This document shows positions 38,563-52,100 of a stretch of 64,000 nt of DNA, piece after piece (the first letter of the stretch is position 1; each line of letters opens with the position of its first letter). The notes under the pieces were generated by a model. It was not told where the DNA came from, ran no database searches, and saw only the letters and a list, made by a program, of their open reading frames with translations. Location of the stretch: NCBI GenBank assembly GCA_951406725.2, contig OX597814.1, forward strand, positions 160,642,001-160,706,000, read 5' to 3'. This stretch comes from Octopus vulgaris (taxonomy: Eukaryota). Made by a program: the position numbers and the translations under genes.

Positions 38563-41500
38563 GCTCCAGTATGGTCTTAGTTGTGATGGTTGAAACGGAC
38601 TGAAGTGTGGTCAAGTTTATCCCAGTTTGAGAATTATCTCTACACATGGCTAGGTGCAGGTATGGCTTTGTGGTTAAGAAGCTTGCTTTGCAACCATGTG
38701 GTTTTGGGTTCAGTCCCACTGCATGGTACCTTGGGCAAGCATCTTCAGCTATAGCCCCACATCAACAAATGTCTTGTGAGTGAAATTAGTAGAAAGAAAC
38801 TGTAAAAGTCCTTTGTGTACTTCATAACTTAGCAGTTCGGCAACAAAAACCAACAGAATAAGTACTAAACTTAATAAGTACCGGGGTCAATTTGTTTCAC
38901 TAAAAGCTTTCAAGGCAGTGCTCCAGCATGGCCATAGTTCAATGACTGAAGCCAGATAAAAATAGAGAGGATGCAAAATTATCACAGGAGTTTTCTTCAT
39001 GAAAGTAAAAGTAAAGCCCCTAACAACTGTAGTATGTGATGCTTAGAGCATTGATTTGTACCTCTTCTGTTATTAACTGTGAAGCAGACTGAGACAGGAA
39101 GATTTATATCATTACTATTTGGTCATGGCCCATTGCTAGCATTGCACTATGAATAGTTGGCTATTTAGTCAATAAACGTGCATTATATCAACTCAAGTCA
39201 GGTGTAACCCTCACTCGGACACTAATCAATGCCACCATGATTAAATAAGAAATTTAGATGACTCCCAGTTTCAGAGAACAAGCTTTCATTTCAAAGCAAG
39301 GTCTTCCAGGCTACCAATCAATGACATAACTGATATCAGTTTGTCAATTCTTGAGACTATTCTTATTAATTGCCTTTATAGTTATTATAAGATCAGGAAA
39401 GTGTCTCTGGAGTAGCCCTGTTTAGAGCAGATTTGTGGAGAGGGAAAGAACAGAGGAGAGAATGAAAGAGAGAAAGAATAATTACAGCATGCAATTGTGT
39501 GAAATAAAAGAAATAGAAACTATCATGGTTACACTTACTTATAGTTATCATCTTCAACAAACTTCTGTAATTCTTCAATATAGCGAACAGACTTGAGATA
39601 ATTTTGTACATGTTCTAAAACCTGAAGCTGATCTACAAAAGAAGTTCATTACAGTCAGTCAAATGAGGTAGAAAGTAGATGGTAAATTGTTTCAATTTTA
39701 AAGACCAGAGTTTGTTTTTTTTTTTCTTTTTAATTACAAATTGGTCATTTATATAACAATAAAAATTGAACATCATGTGAATGTAAAGAATTACATATAA
39801 TAAAGCTGGTTGATCATCAGAAGAGAAAATAAAATAAACAGCCTCCCTAAAACTTTGATAACTTTAAAAAATATTGTGTAATCTTTCAGTGAAATGAGTA
39901 GTGTCACAATGAAAAGGATGCTAATAACAACTAACATTATGAACAGCAAATACTGGTGTTCTTTCTTTATTCATAAGAAAAATCAATACCTCCCCACACC
40001 TCTACAAACCATTGATTTATAGAACAATGTTAGTAGCAAATTGTAAAATGGAGCATAAAACAAGATGTCTGCAATTTCAAGGGATATATATTTAAACAGC
40101 TCTTTAAAAGTTACAGCAGCAATTCTTGGAGTGGAAGGAGTAAGAAAATTTTACGTGAAACTTAAAGCTATACCAAACACGAAAGTAATGATGAACATTC
40201 ATCTATAATTTAATAACCAAATCAGAACAATTTGTAACACAGCTGCTGTGAAATCAACAAAAATAGACACAAAACCAGAGCAATTAAAAGAGAAACCAGT
40301 CGTCTAATGGCTCAAATGCAGGCAATATCCTTTTCCATTACAAAGAAGACTTTTGTACTATCAGACAAAAAGAAATAGTACACAATATTTGAATGGTTTT
40401 CTTTTTTTTTTTTTTTTTTATGATTTATGATATGCTAGTGGATGCTGACCTTATGTTAAAGACTTAAGATATTTCTTCAGAATACCAAATGCACTTGTTT
40501 GCACTAAGTGAACAGATGAATAGATTCAAAAGATGAACCTGTATTCATTAATCTTAAATACAAAAATCTCTGTTAGAAACCCTTCCAAGAACTAACTATT
40601 ATAAATATCATTCAAGTCAGTCAACCACTGACCTCACCTCAAACAGAGTGATCACAATGTGTATGTGCTGCTATCCAACCACACATCAATTTATAGGGGA
40701 GTGGGGTGAGCATATGTTCTCTCTTCTCCCTCTTCATCTCTCTAACTCTTGGATGTTGTAATCTCTAGTTAGTTCTTTAGTATCTTTGCTCCTTTCAATT
40801 AACCTACTTTCAACCATAGTAAGGAACTATGAAACTTCATCAGAAGTGAAAAACCAAATAGAAAGACAGACAGACAGTGGAGACATTTACCAATCAATTT
40901 CATGCATGACAAGATCTGATTTATGACTGAACAGTTAGGGCATAACTATTATGAAAACTTGTCAAACGCATGCTAACTAGAAAAGAAAAAAAGCTAGAAA
41001 TCAATGAGGAAGGATCGATGCTGTAAGAGTAGTTTTAAAAATCAACAAATTCAATAGTGAACCAAAGAACAGATTGAAACTGCCACTATTGGGAATATAG
41101 CGTATTATCTAAGGGTTTAAACTTATTTATAGGCATATTTATAAAGGTATAAATCAACCTTTGTTACAGGAACAAAGTATCTAAAAGCATTACCTGGGTT
41201 ATAAAATGAAAATTTTTATAAGCTCTTACTGGTATTATTTTAGATGCATATGAAAATACATATAGTTTATACCAGCTTTGATGATCAAGGTAAACATCAA
41301 CATCATATGTCAGACATACCAAATTATTTTCACAGTAGAGCTATGAATTAAGGAAAAATTTCTCTAAAATGCTCTCCAATATAAATCTGTTATGTAAATT
41401 TGACTTTTTCTTTTAATGGGTTAGCTATAAGAACTTTACTGCGATGGTTTATGTTGCAATTAATAGTTTAGTAAGTCGAAATAGGACAGAAGACAAAATA

Positions 41501-41654
41501 ATACAACAGACTATCAGAATAAGAATAACAAAATTCAATGCAAGCTAAATAACAATTAGATATATAAATACAGCATAATGTCAAACATTTGAAAAGTCAT
41601 CCTTAATACATGCCAAAGTAACAGTCATATCATATCATACACATTATTTATTTT

Positions 41655-41694
<40 letters not shown>

Positions 41695-44600
41695 AAACTT
41701 TATGCATAGATTTCTATAGAAAATGTAGTTGCAGGTTACCAAATGAAAGATATATGACAAGCTGATCCTTTAGTCAAATATGGCTATCACACCATGGAAG
41801 TTTACACATTAAAATATTACCAGAATATTATTGCAATAATAATGGTTTCAAATTTTGGTACAAGGCCCTGTGAGTTTATGGGAGAGTGGTAGTTGATTAC
41901 ATCGGCCCCAGTGCTCAATTGGTACTTATTTTATCAATCCCAAAAGGATGTCAAGCAAAACTTAACCTCAGTAAGATTTGAACTCAGAACACGAGCCTAA
42001 AGAAGAGCCACAAAATATTTTGTCCAAACACTAATGAATCTGCCAATCCATCACCCTTATTTTGATAATAACAATCTTAATACAAACTACAATTATATTG
42101 TCCGATTAATAAGCCAAAATTTTTTTTTAATCTCTAATTTCCTCTACATGATTTAAAAAGTGGTTACTGATATGAAACTGTTTTTCCAAAAATTTGGCAC
42201 CAAGCAAGATAAAAATTCCTAATGAGTTTACCAAATGTAATATATACTATAAATGATATAACGTGAACAAACAACACAAACACAAGTCAGGGGAGGGGGA
42301 TTTCAAAGTAAGGGGTTAAAAATACCCAAAAGAAGAGAGAAGTCATTTATGCAACAAGAATTACTAGCAAATAAAGGGCAGTAGTAACAACCAGTAAGTA
42401 TAACTAGATTCCTGAGCTAATATTTCTGAAAACTTCACATGGCATCACAACATGGTTGGTTCTATAATTTAATAGACTAGTCTGATTCCAGCCAGAGTAC
42501 AGACATAATAACAGACATTAACTTCAAGTGATTTAAAGTCTTAAACTGATATTTTTAGAAACTGGAACCAATAAAAGAAAAGTGAGGAGGAGGAAGGGGG
42601 GAGAGAGGGAGGAAAGGGAGAAAGGTGAATGAGGGGTGAGAAGGAGTGAGAGGGAGAATGAAGACTAGAAAGTAATAAAAACAGTCTGGGGTAATATACA
42701 GGTGGGACATTGCATATAAAAAAAAAATGGAGTTAGTTGATGGTAGTCAGGTTAGACAATGGGATAAGACGTAGAAATCAAATATGAACATGCTACAGTT
42801 TAAATAGCAAAAATCTCCAAGAGATATAGATACTATCAATGAAATATTGATGGAACATAACAGATGGTAATAGTATATTAGTTGATTTTTCCTACAACAT
42901 GCAGAGTAATGGAAATGATAACAACTTACTTGGAGAAAATCCAAATACTAGATGAAATAAATGAAAGAAGTAGCTGTGTATAGAAATGAATACTATCGCA
43001 CAAAATGAAGTGGCTAACACTTTATATAAAAAGTTTACCAACACAAGGAACAGCTTTTCACTTATACTGGTGTGGGGTGAGAATATGTCTTTGTAGTAAT
43101 TTCTTCAGACATCTAAAGAAACCAGCATTTGTGAATACATACCTTCACAAAATCAAATTGTAAATTAACATACAAACATTTTATGTGTGTGTGTGTGTGT
43201 GTGTGTATACTGGAGTAAGCACATAAATGTGAAACAAGGTGAAAAAAAGAGTACTCAAATACCAGAGGTAGAGTAATATACTTTATTTAAAAGCAGCAGA
43301 AATATAACAAAAGTTGTTACTCAGAGTTTCGTGTTCCCGTTCGTCAGACAGTTTTGTTAAAATAGACAAAACTGTCCGACGAATGGGAACGTGAAACTCT
43401 GAGTAACAGCTTTTGTTATATTTCAGCTGCTTTTAAATAAAGTATATATATATATATATATATAATTGAGATTCAGTTGAATTAGATACTTAAGTTGAAG
43501 CACCAAGTCAGCTCGAAGTAAGAGAAATAAAACCAAAATAAGCAACAGGATATCAAGAAGTGATGCAGCACGACCGTTTCAAGTGGCTCCATTTAATTGA
43601 ACAATGCAATCATTACATCAACTTAAATACAGTACCATCTTCGGCTGCATCACTACTTGATATCCTGTCACTTGTGTATTACTTTTTATTTATTTATATA
43701 TTAGATATAAAAATGCAAGCATGAAAAGTAATATTCTTAAGATTATAAACTTGGAAAAATACAGGACAAGTTATTACACCTGTAAAAGTATAGGACAAAC
43801 TATTACTTCAAGTAAAGTACAGAATAAGAAATGTTTTACTTAAAATATTGCAGCAAAGAATGCCTCTTCTAATTTATCAGTCTTTACAGTTCTCATCTTT
43901 TAAATTTATTGTACAAAACTGTTCAGCTAATTTGTAAGTTTGTCTAATTAGTCACTTTTTTCTGTATTTAAGGTAGCGAATTAGCCAAATTCTGCTTAAA
44001 TAGTATAGTGTTATTTGTAAAGATAATAAAATATTTTTTAATATTCAAATTTTAATTTCAGCTGCAATATTTTTTTATTCTTTACTTGAAGTAATAGTTT
44101 GTCCTATACTTTTACAGGTGTAATAACTTGTCCTGTACTTTTCCAGGTTTATAATCTTAAGAACATTACTTTTCATGCTCATGTTTTTCCATGTAATCCA
44201 TGATTTTTCCAAGTATTGCTGTTACAAGATAATGTGTCAATTAATAATTTAGGATTTTTACTTTATAAAATACTGGGTAGGGGAATATATTGGCTGCTAT
44301 TTTTAGTATGTTAAGTGATCAGGCAGAGGTCTTTCATTGGTTTGATTGTGTGATGAAATATTTTTACACATGTATGTATAATAAGCATATGTATCATCAG
44401 CAGAAGTTAGAGAGTAAGTCAAAAGCTGACAGTTTCGTGTATTGGCACTTATCTAACATGAATTTGTCCATTGTCACTCTGTAACTTGTGACGAAATAAC
44501 TTCTAAAATACAAAATTTTATCAAAACCGTTAAGAGTAAATAAACCCTGTGGTATGTGACACACTGTACCAGTATCGAAAGATTCAAATTGTTAAGCTAA

Positions 44601-45493
44601 AAAAAATTAGTTAATCTGCACAGCAAATTGAATAGATCCAAAATGGATAAAAAGCAAAGTCGACCTCAGCAGAATTTGAACTGAAAATAAAAACACAGGC
44701 AAAATATTGCTAAGCATTTCGCCTGCAGCACTAACTTTTCTGCCAAGCATTACTTCCTTACTCTCTTACTTACTGACATGAAATTTCATGGCATTTCACC
44801 CCGTAACTTTTCTTCTAATTTTTGTTCAATGCGGCTAACGACTCTGAATTCCTCACACATTTTTCTGTCATTTAAGCCTAAGGAAAGTATACTTTTATTT
44901 TAAAATTAAAAAGTTTATGTTAATTGAAGCTGAATAGGTGCCTTACAGCACCCCCTTGAGGTTGCAGATATTTTGATGTAACTTTCTTTTTTCAAACTAT
45001 TTATGCCAAAGTGTAGCTGAGGAGGTGTCTTCTTTAAAACTTAACAGTTTGCAATTTAGTTGGGAACTGAATTAGTGGGGAAGCTTGGAAACTGATGCAA
45101 TTAACGAAATGGTGGACTTAAGAATATATTCAACCACTACCATGGTTGAATGATGTGTGTATGTGCATGTATAGTTAATCCAAACATGAAAACACAAAGA
45201 GAAAACAACACAAGGACGTGGAACAAATATAGTGTTATTGGACGCTAAGGAAAGGAAGGAAAGAAGGAGGATTTAACGTTTCGAGCGGAGCTCTTCATCA
45301 GAAACATAGGAAAAAGAAAGATCCAAGGAAGGGAAGACAGAGGGGGAAAAAAATCGCCAATGGTACACAGTACAAACATGGCTGTGTGGTTTAGAAGTTT
45401 GCTTCCCAACCATGTAGTCTTGGGTTCAGTCCCACTGCATGGCACCTTGATCCTTGGAAGTGGATTAAGTAGATGGAAACTGAAAAGAAACCT

Positions 45494-45536
<43 letters not shown>

Positions 45537-46729
45537 CATACAGGTGTGTGTGTGTACATCCTTGTCTTGACATCATGTGATGATTGTAACCAACCTTCAT
45601 CATCATACAAGCAATGTTATTCATTTCCAGTTATCTTTGAAAAACATATGGGTGTGGAGAAATATTACCTTGCTTGAAAACAGTGAGGGTTGGCAACAGA
45701 AGTGACATCTGACCATAGAAAACCTGTCTCAACAAATTTCATCTGACCCGTAAAAGCATGAAAAAGTGGACGTTAAATGATGGTGATAATATGTAACAAC
45801 ATGACACACACACACACACTCCCTCTCTCCCTATCAACTTTTGAGTACTATATTTTGATTTTCATTCCCAGACTTGTTCTTTCTAACACACACATTCTTA
45901 TGCAAATTATACCATCCTTCAAACCTCTTTCATCTTCCACATAGAACCATCATGATGTACACACAACCTAAATATCTCCAGTCTGATTCTATATCATCTC
46001 CATGGACCTTGATTTTCAGAACATCTTCCAACGGAGACATGATGAACTCAAAAATGAATCACAAAACACATACCTAGAAAACAGTCTCCTATCTCTTTCT
46101 CTCTTTCTCATGAACAAAAATGACTGAAACCCTCAAAATCATAATGTCAGACTTCCCAATCTCTGAAGATCTTCCACGGTGACTCCATGATATATATAAC
46201 ACTGCTAAAATTTATATCACAAAGACTAAGATGCCTGTTTAGATTCAAGAAACATTTCACCTCTGATGAATTTCTAACTCTCCACAAAGCTATTGTAAGA
46301 TTTTACATTGGTATGCTGCTCACATATGTGACTGCTGCACACACACAGACACGCTACACAGTATCCAAAAGAAGTCCACCCAATTGATTCTCAAAAGATT
46401 CAATAACCAATTGTTAACTCATAAACATGTGATTTCTTCTCTCTGCTAAGGTAGGTAGGTAGGTGTGTGCATGCATGCATGCGTGTTTCCCTCTGCCTGT
46501 CTGTCTTGATATCATGTGACATTTATAAGCAAACATCACCATACAGTATTGTTTGTTTCCAATCTTCCATGAAAATATGTCCAGCCACAGGGAAGTAATA
46601 CCTTGCTTGGAAATGGCGAGGGCCAGCAAAATTAAGAGCTTATAGAAAACCTGCCTCAATACATCTCATCTGACCCATGCAAGCAGGGAAAAGTAGATGT
46701 TAAAATGATAATAACAATGATAATGATTA

Positions 46730-46761
<32 letters not shown>

Positions 46762-49145
46762 CTAGCAGTATCGCCCGGCGTTGCTCGGGTTTGTAAGGGA
46801 AATAACTATAAAGGATTTTTTAGAGAGTTATAGCCAAAAAATAGCAAAAAAATGGGGAAAAAAAGATGGTAATTTTTTTTTGATAGTTAAAAAGGTCGAG
46901 TTGCGTCCCCATGACCATCTGTGGTTTGTATTTCTGATTGTCGACCCCATGTTGAATTTATCGATCTTTTTCAGAAGTGGGGGAACTTTTCAAAATTTTC
47001 GCTGCGTTAGTTTTGAATTATGACATTGGGCTATGTGTGTGTCAAGTTTCATCAGAATCGGTTGAAAGCCGTGGTCAGAGTGAGGGTACAAGCAAACAGA
47101 CACACAGAAACACACACAGACAAACTGCCGTTTATATATAGAGAGAGATATATATAGGAGTCTACTTTCCAACTACATTTTGGATTCAGTCTCATTGCAT
47201 GAACAGGCTTCTTTCAGTTTCCGTCTACCAAATCCACTCACAAGGCATTGGTCGGCCCGAGGCTATAGCAGAAGACACTTGCCCAAGATGCCACGCAGTG
47301 GGACTGAACCCGGAACCATGTGGTTGGTAAGCAAGCTACTTACCACACAGCCACTCCTGTGCCTATAAGGTTTACTTATTTTTAAATTATCTAACACACC
47401 AACAGAGGCTTAACATTTTAATATTTAGATTACTGTGTTACATGTAATGTTTTTTGCTCATTTTGCTTTGAATGAATTATACATTATTTCAAGATTTTAA
47501 TGATGTGACTTGTTTATTTTTAGAATGACATTATAGAACAGGTGTGAGGGGCTGAATCTGGCTGGTTTTAACATAAATCAGGTAGAATATTTGGGCTGGA
47601 TATGGCAGTTTAAATGCTAAAAGGGTTAAATAACTACATATGGCTTAAAAAACTACACAATACAGAAAAATGAAAAAATCTCACTCCAATCTCACTTCTA
47701 GAAAGGCAGAGCATTACATTCAAATTATATTCGGAAAAACAAGATAATGAGGAAAATAGAAATACTGCCTAATAGATTTGAGTACAAATGACACCATTTA
47801 GATGATTAACAAAATCAAATATGTGTCATGAAATGCTCCATAATAATACAAGATATATCTACAAGAAAATCAGAATACAGAACTATCAATCATTTGTAGA
47901 TGTTTTTAATTAACATAAGACAGGTGAGAAATATTTTTCTTTCCAGAGAGAACAAAAAAAAAATCAATCAGTAATTATATTAATAGAATAGCTATTGAAG
48001 AATCTGTTGCAATGAAATGAGAAAAATCAGAAGCAGCCATCTGCTTTTACGACCATTCCAGAGTTCTTACGTTTTTGTTTCTAACAGCCTAAATATCTTT
48101 TAGGCAGTTTCTCAATCATTACCTAAAATCAACCAGTGTACCGACAGAGTACTTTCATAGACAAATATAGAACAATACATTAATTTAAAAATTATCACTA
48201 ACATACTCAGAGTACACCTATCTTTGGAGCTTCTGCAGTTCCTACATATTTCAATGCAGTTATACTAAACATTCTTTTGAGATGCAGGTATAGCTGAGCA
48301 ATTAAACTTGCAACCATGGGGTTCCAAGTTTTATCTGAGTAGCACCTTTGGTCTTTGGCATCTGTCTTCCACTATAGCCTTAGGTTGACCAATACTTTCT
48401 GAGGAGAATTTAGATGGGAACTGTGGAGAAGCCTATTATGGATGCATGTGAGAGTGAGAGACAGAATTTGTGAGCTTATTTTATCTTCTACTTCTTTCAG
48501 TCACTGAACTGTAGTCATGCTGGGGCATTGCTGTCAAGAGATTTTAGTCAGCCAAATTGATTCCAGTACTTATTTTTTGAGTCTGGTACCCATCCCACCA
48601 ACCTCTTTTGCCAATTGCAAGTTACAAGTATGTAAACAAACTATTACTGGTTGTCAGGTAGTGGTGGGGACAAATAAACACACACACACAAACAGTCTTT
48701 TGTGTGTTTCAGCCCAAAAGCGGTGGCCTTGCTGGGGTACCACCAATATTATAACCACCTTGTCAGTGGCCATTATTTTGCAGTTGGTTTTTGTTGAAAG
48801 AGGGAGTTCAATATTGCTGCCCTCTTTCGAGTTTCTTGCCATGAATTAGATTCATCTGGGACTTTGGACAGCAGCAGGTCGAGTTATTTCTTGAAAACAT
48901 CTACCCCTACTCCATGTAAACCTCCAAATGTTTTAGCGAGATATTAAATAGCTGAGGCCCTTTGAATTTCAAGCTACTGCAGCAAATGGTTCTCATTCTA
49001 TATGGGATTGGTGAGAATTTGGAACATTGCAGTGATGTCTACTTCAGAGAATTGTATAACTCTTAATGCCAAAGTTTGGTACCAACCCCTCTGCATATCT
49101 TCCATTTTTGCTCCAGTCTCTCTCAGTAGCTGTTCTATTGATGCA

Positions 49146-49178
<33 letters not shown>

Positions 49179-52100
49179 GCTATAGTTGAAGGACACTTGC
49201 TGAACATGCTATACAATGGGACTGAACCTAGGATCACATGGTTGAGAAGTAAGCTTCTTACCCATGTTTTGTAAATACACAAACTGCTGAGCTTTTGTGT
49301 GTGTGTGTGTACACAAATACATAAACATTTTTCTTCGTGTTTATGAATGTTCATACAAGTATAATATATAGTCTGCATGTGTTTACAAGTGTGTGCATGT
49401 ATTTATGTTTATGCACATGCATTTTCAAGTACATATTTGCATCTGTTTGTGCATGTGGGTATGTCTATGTACTTGTGTGTGTGTGAGTGAGTAAAACTAA
49501 AACAAGAAATAGGAAAGATGTTCCTTCTTATATATATATAACTCCAGACTTTTCAAAAGTGACCTACATGCACATACATCTGTGCGTGCCTACAAAGAAC
49601 AGTTAATAACATGTGATCCCTGAGTGATTTACCACCAAATTAAATATCACCAGAACATTTCTGAAGCCTAATCAGTTAAGAGAGATCTGTACGAACGTCA
49701 TAGATAACAATTTGTTCTAAAACCTCAAAAATCTTACTTCAAAGTCTGATAAGAACTGAAGTATATCTTCAAAACTCAACTGATTACGTCAAAGCAAGAT
49801 ATCTAGCATTTAGTAGGTAAATTGCAGATGTATTAACATAAGGCTCCGACAGAAATGAAGTCTGCATCACGAATGCCCCTATTTTACCTACATTTTTATC
49901 TAGTTCAAACCATTGATATATATTTTGTCTTTTATAAAATCATTACCACCTGCTTACTACTAGATTCTGTCAAGGGGTTATGTTATACATGATAGGGTGT
50001 GTGAAGACGTCAGAAGCACTAGAAATAGCAAGAAATTGTAGCTAATTATCCTTCACTCATACACCATCATCTTAAAGAGGACATTTAGGTAAATATATCT
50101 ATAGATATACAATGGTTGAGTGTGAGTGAGGAGAGGAGAATGAAAGCTTATAAACATAGATTTACTGAATCAGGCAGGGGTCAACAACAGATTGTGCATG
50201 TGTGTCTTACACACACACACAAGTTTTGGTAGATAGGAAAAAAAAAACGAAACTTACTCTTTCAAGCATTAAGAGATGAAGCTAAATTATAATTAATTAA
50301 AGTTAGCATTTCCTTATTCTTTAATATCCAATAATTTCCAAAACAGGAGCTGTTGAGCTTCAAGTCACCCCTTATCAAGCAGTGATCATACCATCTTTTA
50401 TTGAAACAGGCTAGCTAAGGCAGTAGTGTATAATTTGAGAGAATTTGGCTTCTATTTCTAGAAGGCCAGATGTTACATTGAGGTGGGATTTTTGTCAGGA
50501 ATTCCTTTCAGCTGTAACATCATGGATATTACACTGGCTCAAAGATGGAATGAATGATTGATAGGATGCCTGTCTGTTTGTAATAACTAAAATAATAAGC
50601 AAAAGGCTGGTGCATGCCACCAAGCTACACTCACTTGCAAGTGATTGTGTGCATGTGTGTTATTGAAAATATAATTCCTTACCATTTTCTGATGAACGTG
50701 AAAGCAATAAAACAAAATTCTATTGCTTTTAACACAATACAAAGTTGCTGACATCCATACCACATGTATGTAGTTAGCCCGCAAAGTATATAGCTAAACA
50801 TTAAAATTAGTTAGGAGTGATTTGCTTTTCCATAACAATCATAGTAAACATCAACTACAAATGCAATCAGTTAACAGACAACATACAAACATCCATACGA
50901 AACATGTTAATGTATTTCATATAAACATGTAACATATCCATTACACAGCAAACACTTGCCATCACTTAATGATCCCCACAAACTATATAAATTTGAACCA
51001 ACAGATGCCATCCACTTAACTATGTAATATGAAAATTTGTTTTAAGTCCATTTTTCCAAGCTAGTGTAGGGTTAAATGAGTACATATCATTAAGACTTTT
51101 ACAACCAGATGCTTCTAATTACTAACTTTCACCTATCAATCAAGTAAAGGATTTTTTAAATTTTAATTTCATTTCACATGCCTTTCAAAGTACAGTGCCA
51201 TAAAACAAATTGTTAACAGGATTTGTCAAAAAAAACCAACTGTTGTAGCCCAACACTATTTCCAACAAACAAAGAATGTAAATATTCACACAAACATACA
51301 CGTGTGTGTGTGTGTTCAATACACACACACACAACATGTAGCGAAAGTGATAAAAATCAAACATCCAGTCAACATCATAGTGTTTGGAGTGATCACTAGT
51401 GATGGCAACATTATGCTTCCATTCATCTTCTCACACAGCTTCAGACTCAATATGGAAGCCTATATCAAGTGCCTGGAGGTGGCTGCTGGAAGACCCTATG
51501 TCTGGCAACAGGACTCTGCACCATGCCACATAAGCAAGAGCACCCAGTCATGGCTGTCAGAGAATTTCTGCAACCACATCACTCCTAACATCTGGCCACT
51601 TAACTCCCTGGGCAGTAACCCTCTTGATTATTATGTGTGGGGCACAATTGAGCAAGAGACCAACAAAACTCCTTGTAACACCAAAGATGTACAGAAGGCA
51701 AGGATTATGGCAGCATTCACCAACTTAAACAAGGAGACCGTCCAGAAGAGTTGCAGGAGTTTCCAAAGTCGTCTGGAGGCCATGGTTGAAGCCAATGATG
51801 ATTTTATTGACTAAATTTACTCTTTAGTATTTCAAGATGTTTTTATGTAATTTTGGTAAATATATCTGTTAAAATAAGATTTCAGTGTTATTTTCATTTT
51901 GCATAATTTAGATGACAATATATTCACCATACCCTGTATACAAACATGCACGCAATTTCCATCAACTAAGTCCTCTCACAGGATATTTATGTATTTCACT
52001 ACTGCCCACAAGGGGCTAAACACAGAGGGGACAAACGGATTATGTCGATTACATCGACTCCAGGGCGTAACTGGTACTTAATTTATCGACCCCAAAAGGA

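Larger units (their letters stand above)
43208..43447. mobile_element. Penelope-like short element with an inverted terminal duplication carrying hammerhead motifs
   Basis: ~80-bp arms (43276-43357 / 43366-43447), each containing C[T/C]GACGA ... GAAACTCTGAGTA; bounded by microsatellites. Confidence 0.65.

Noticed and set aside
50258-50281. 24-nt candidate microexon (AG...GTAAG) on the minus strand
   Set aside because: A-rich weak acceptor and an in-frame TGA; no support without RNA data
50689-50705. CTGATGA-ACGT-GAAA hammerhead-like core
   Set aside because: Stem II is too short, with no stem I or III pairing
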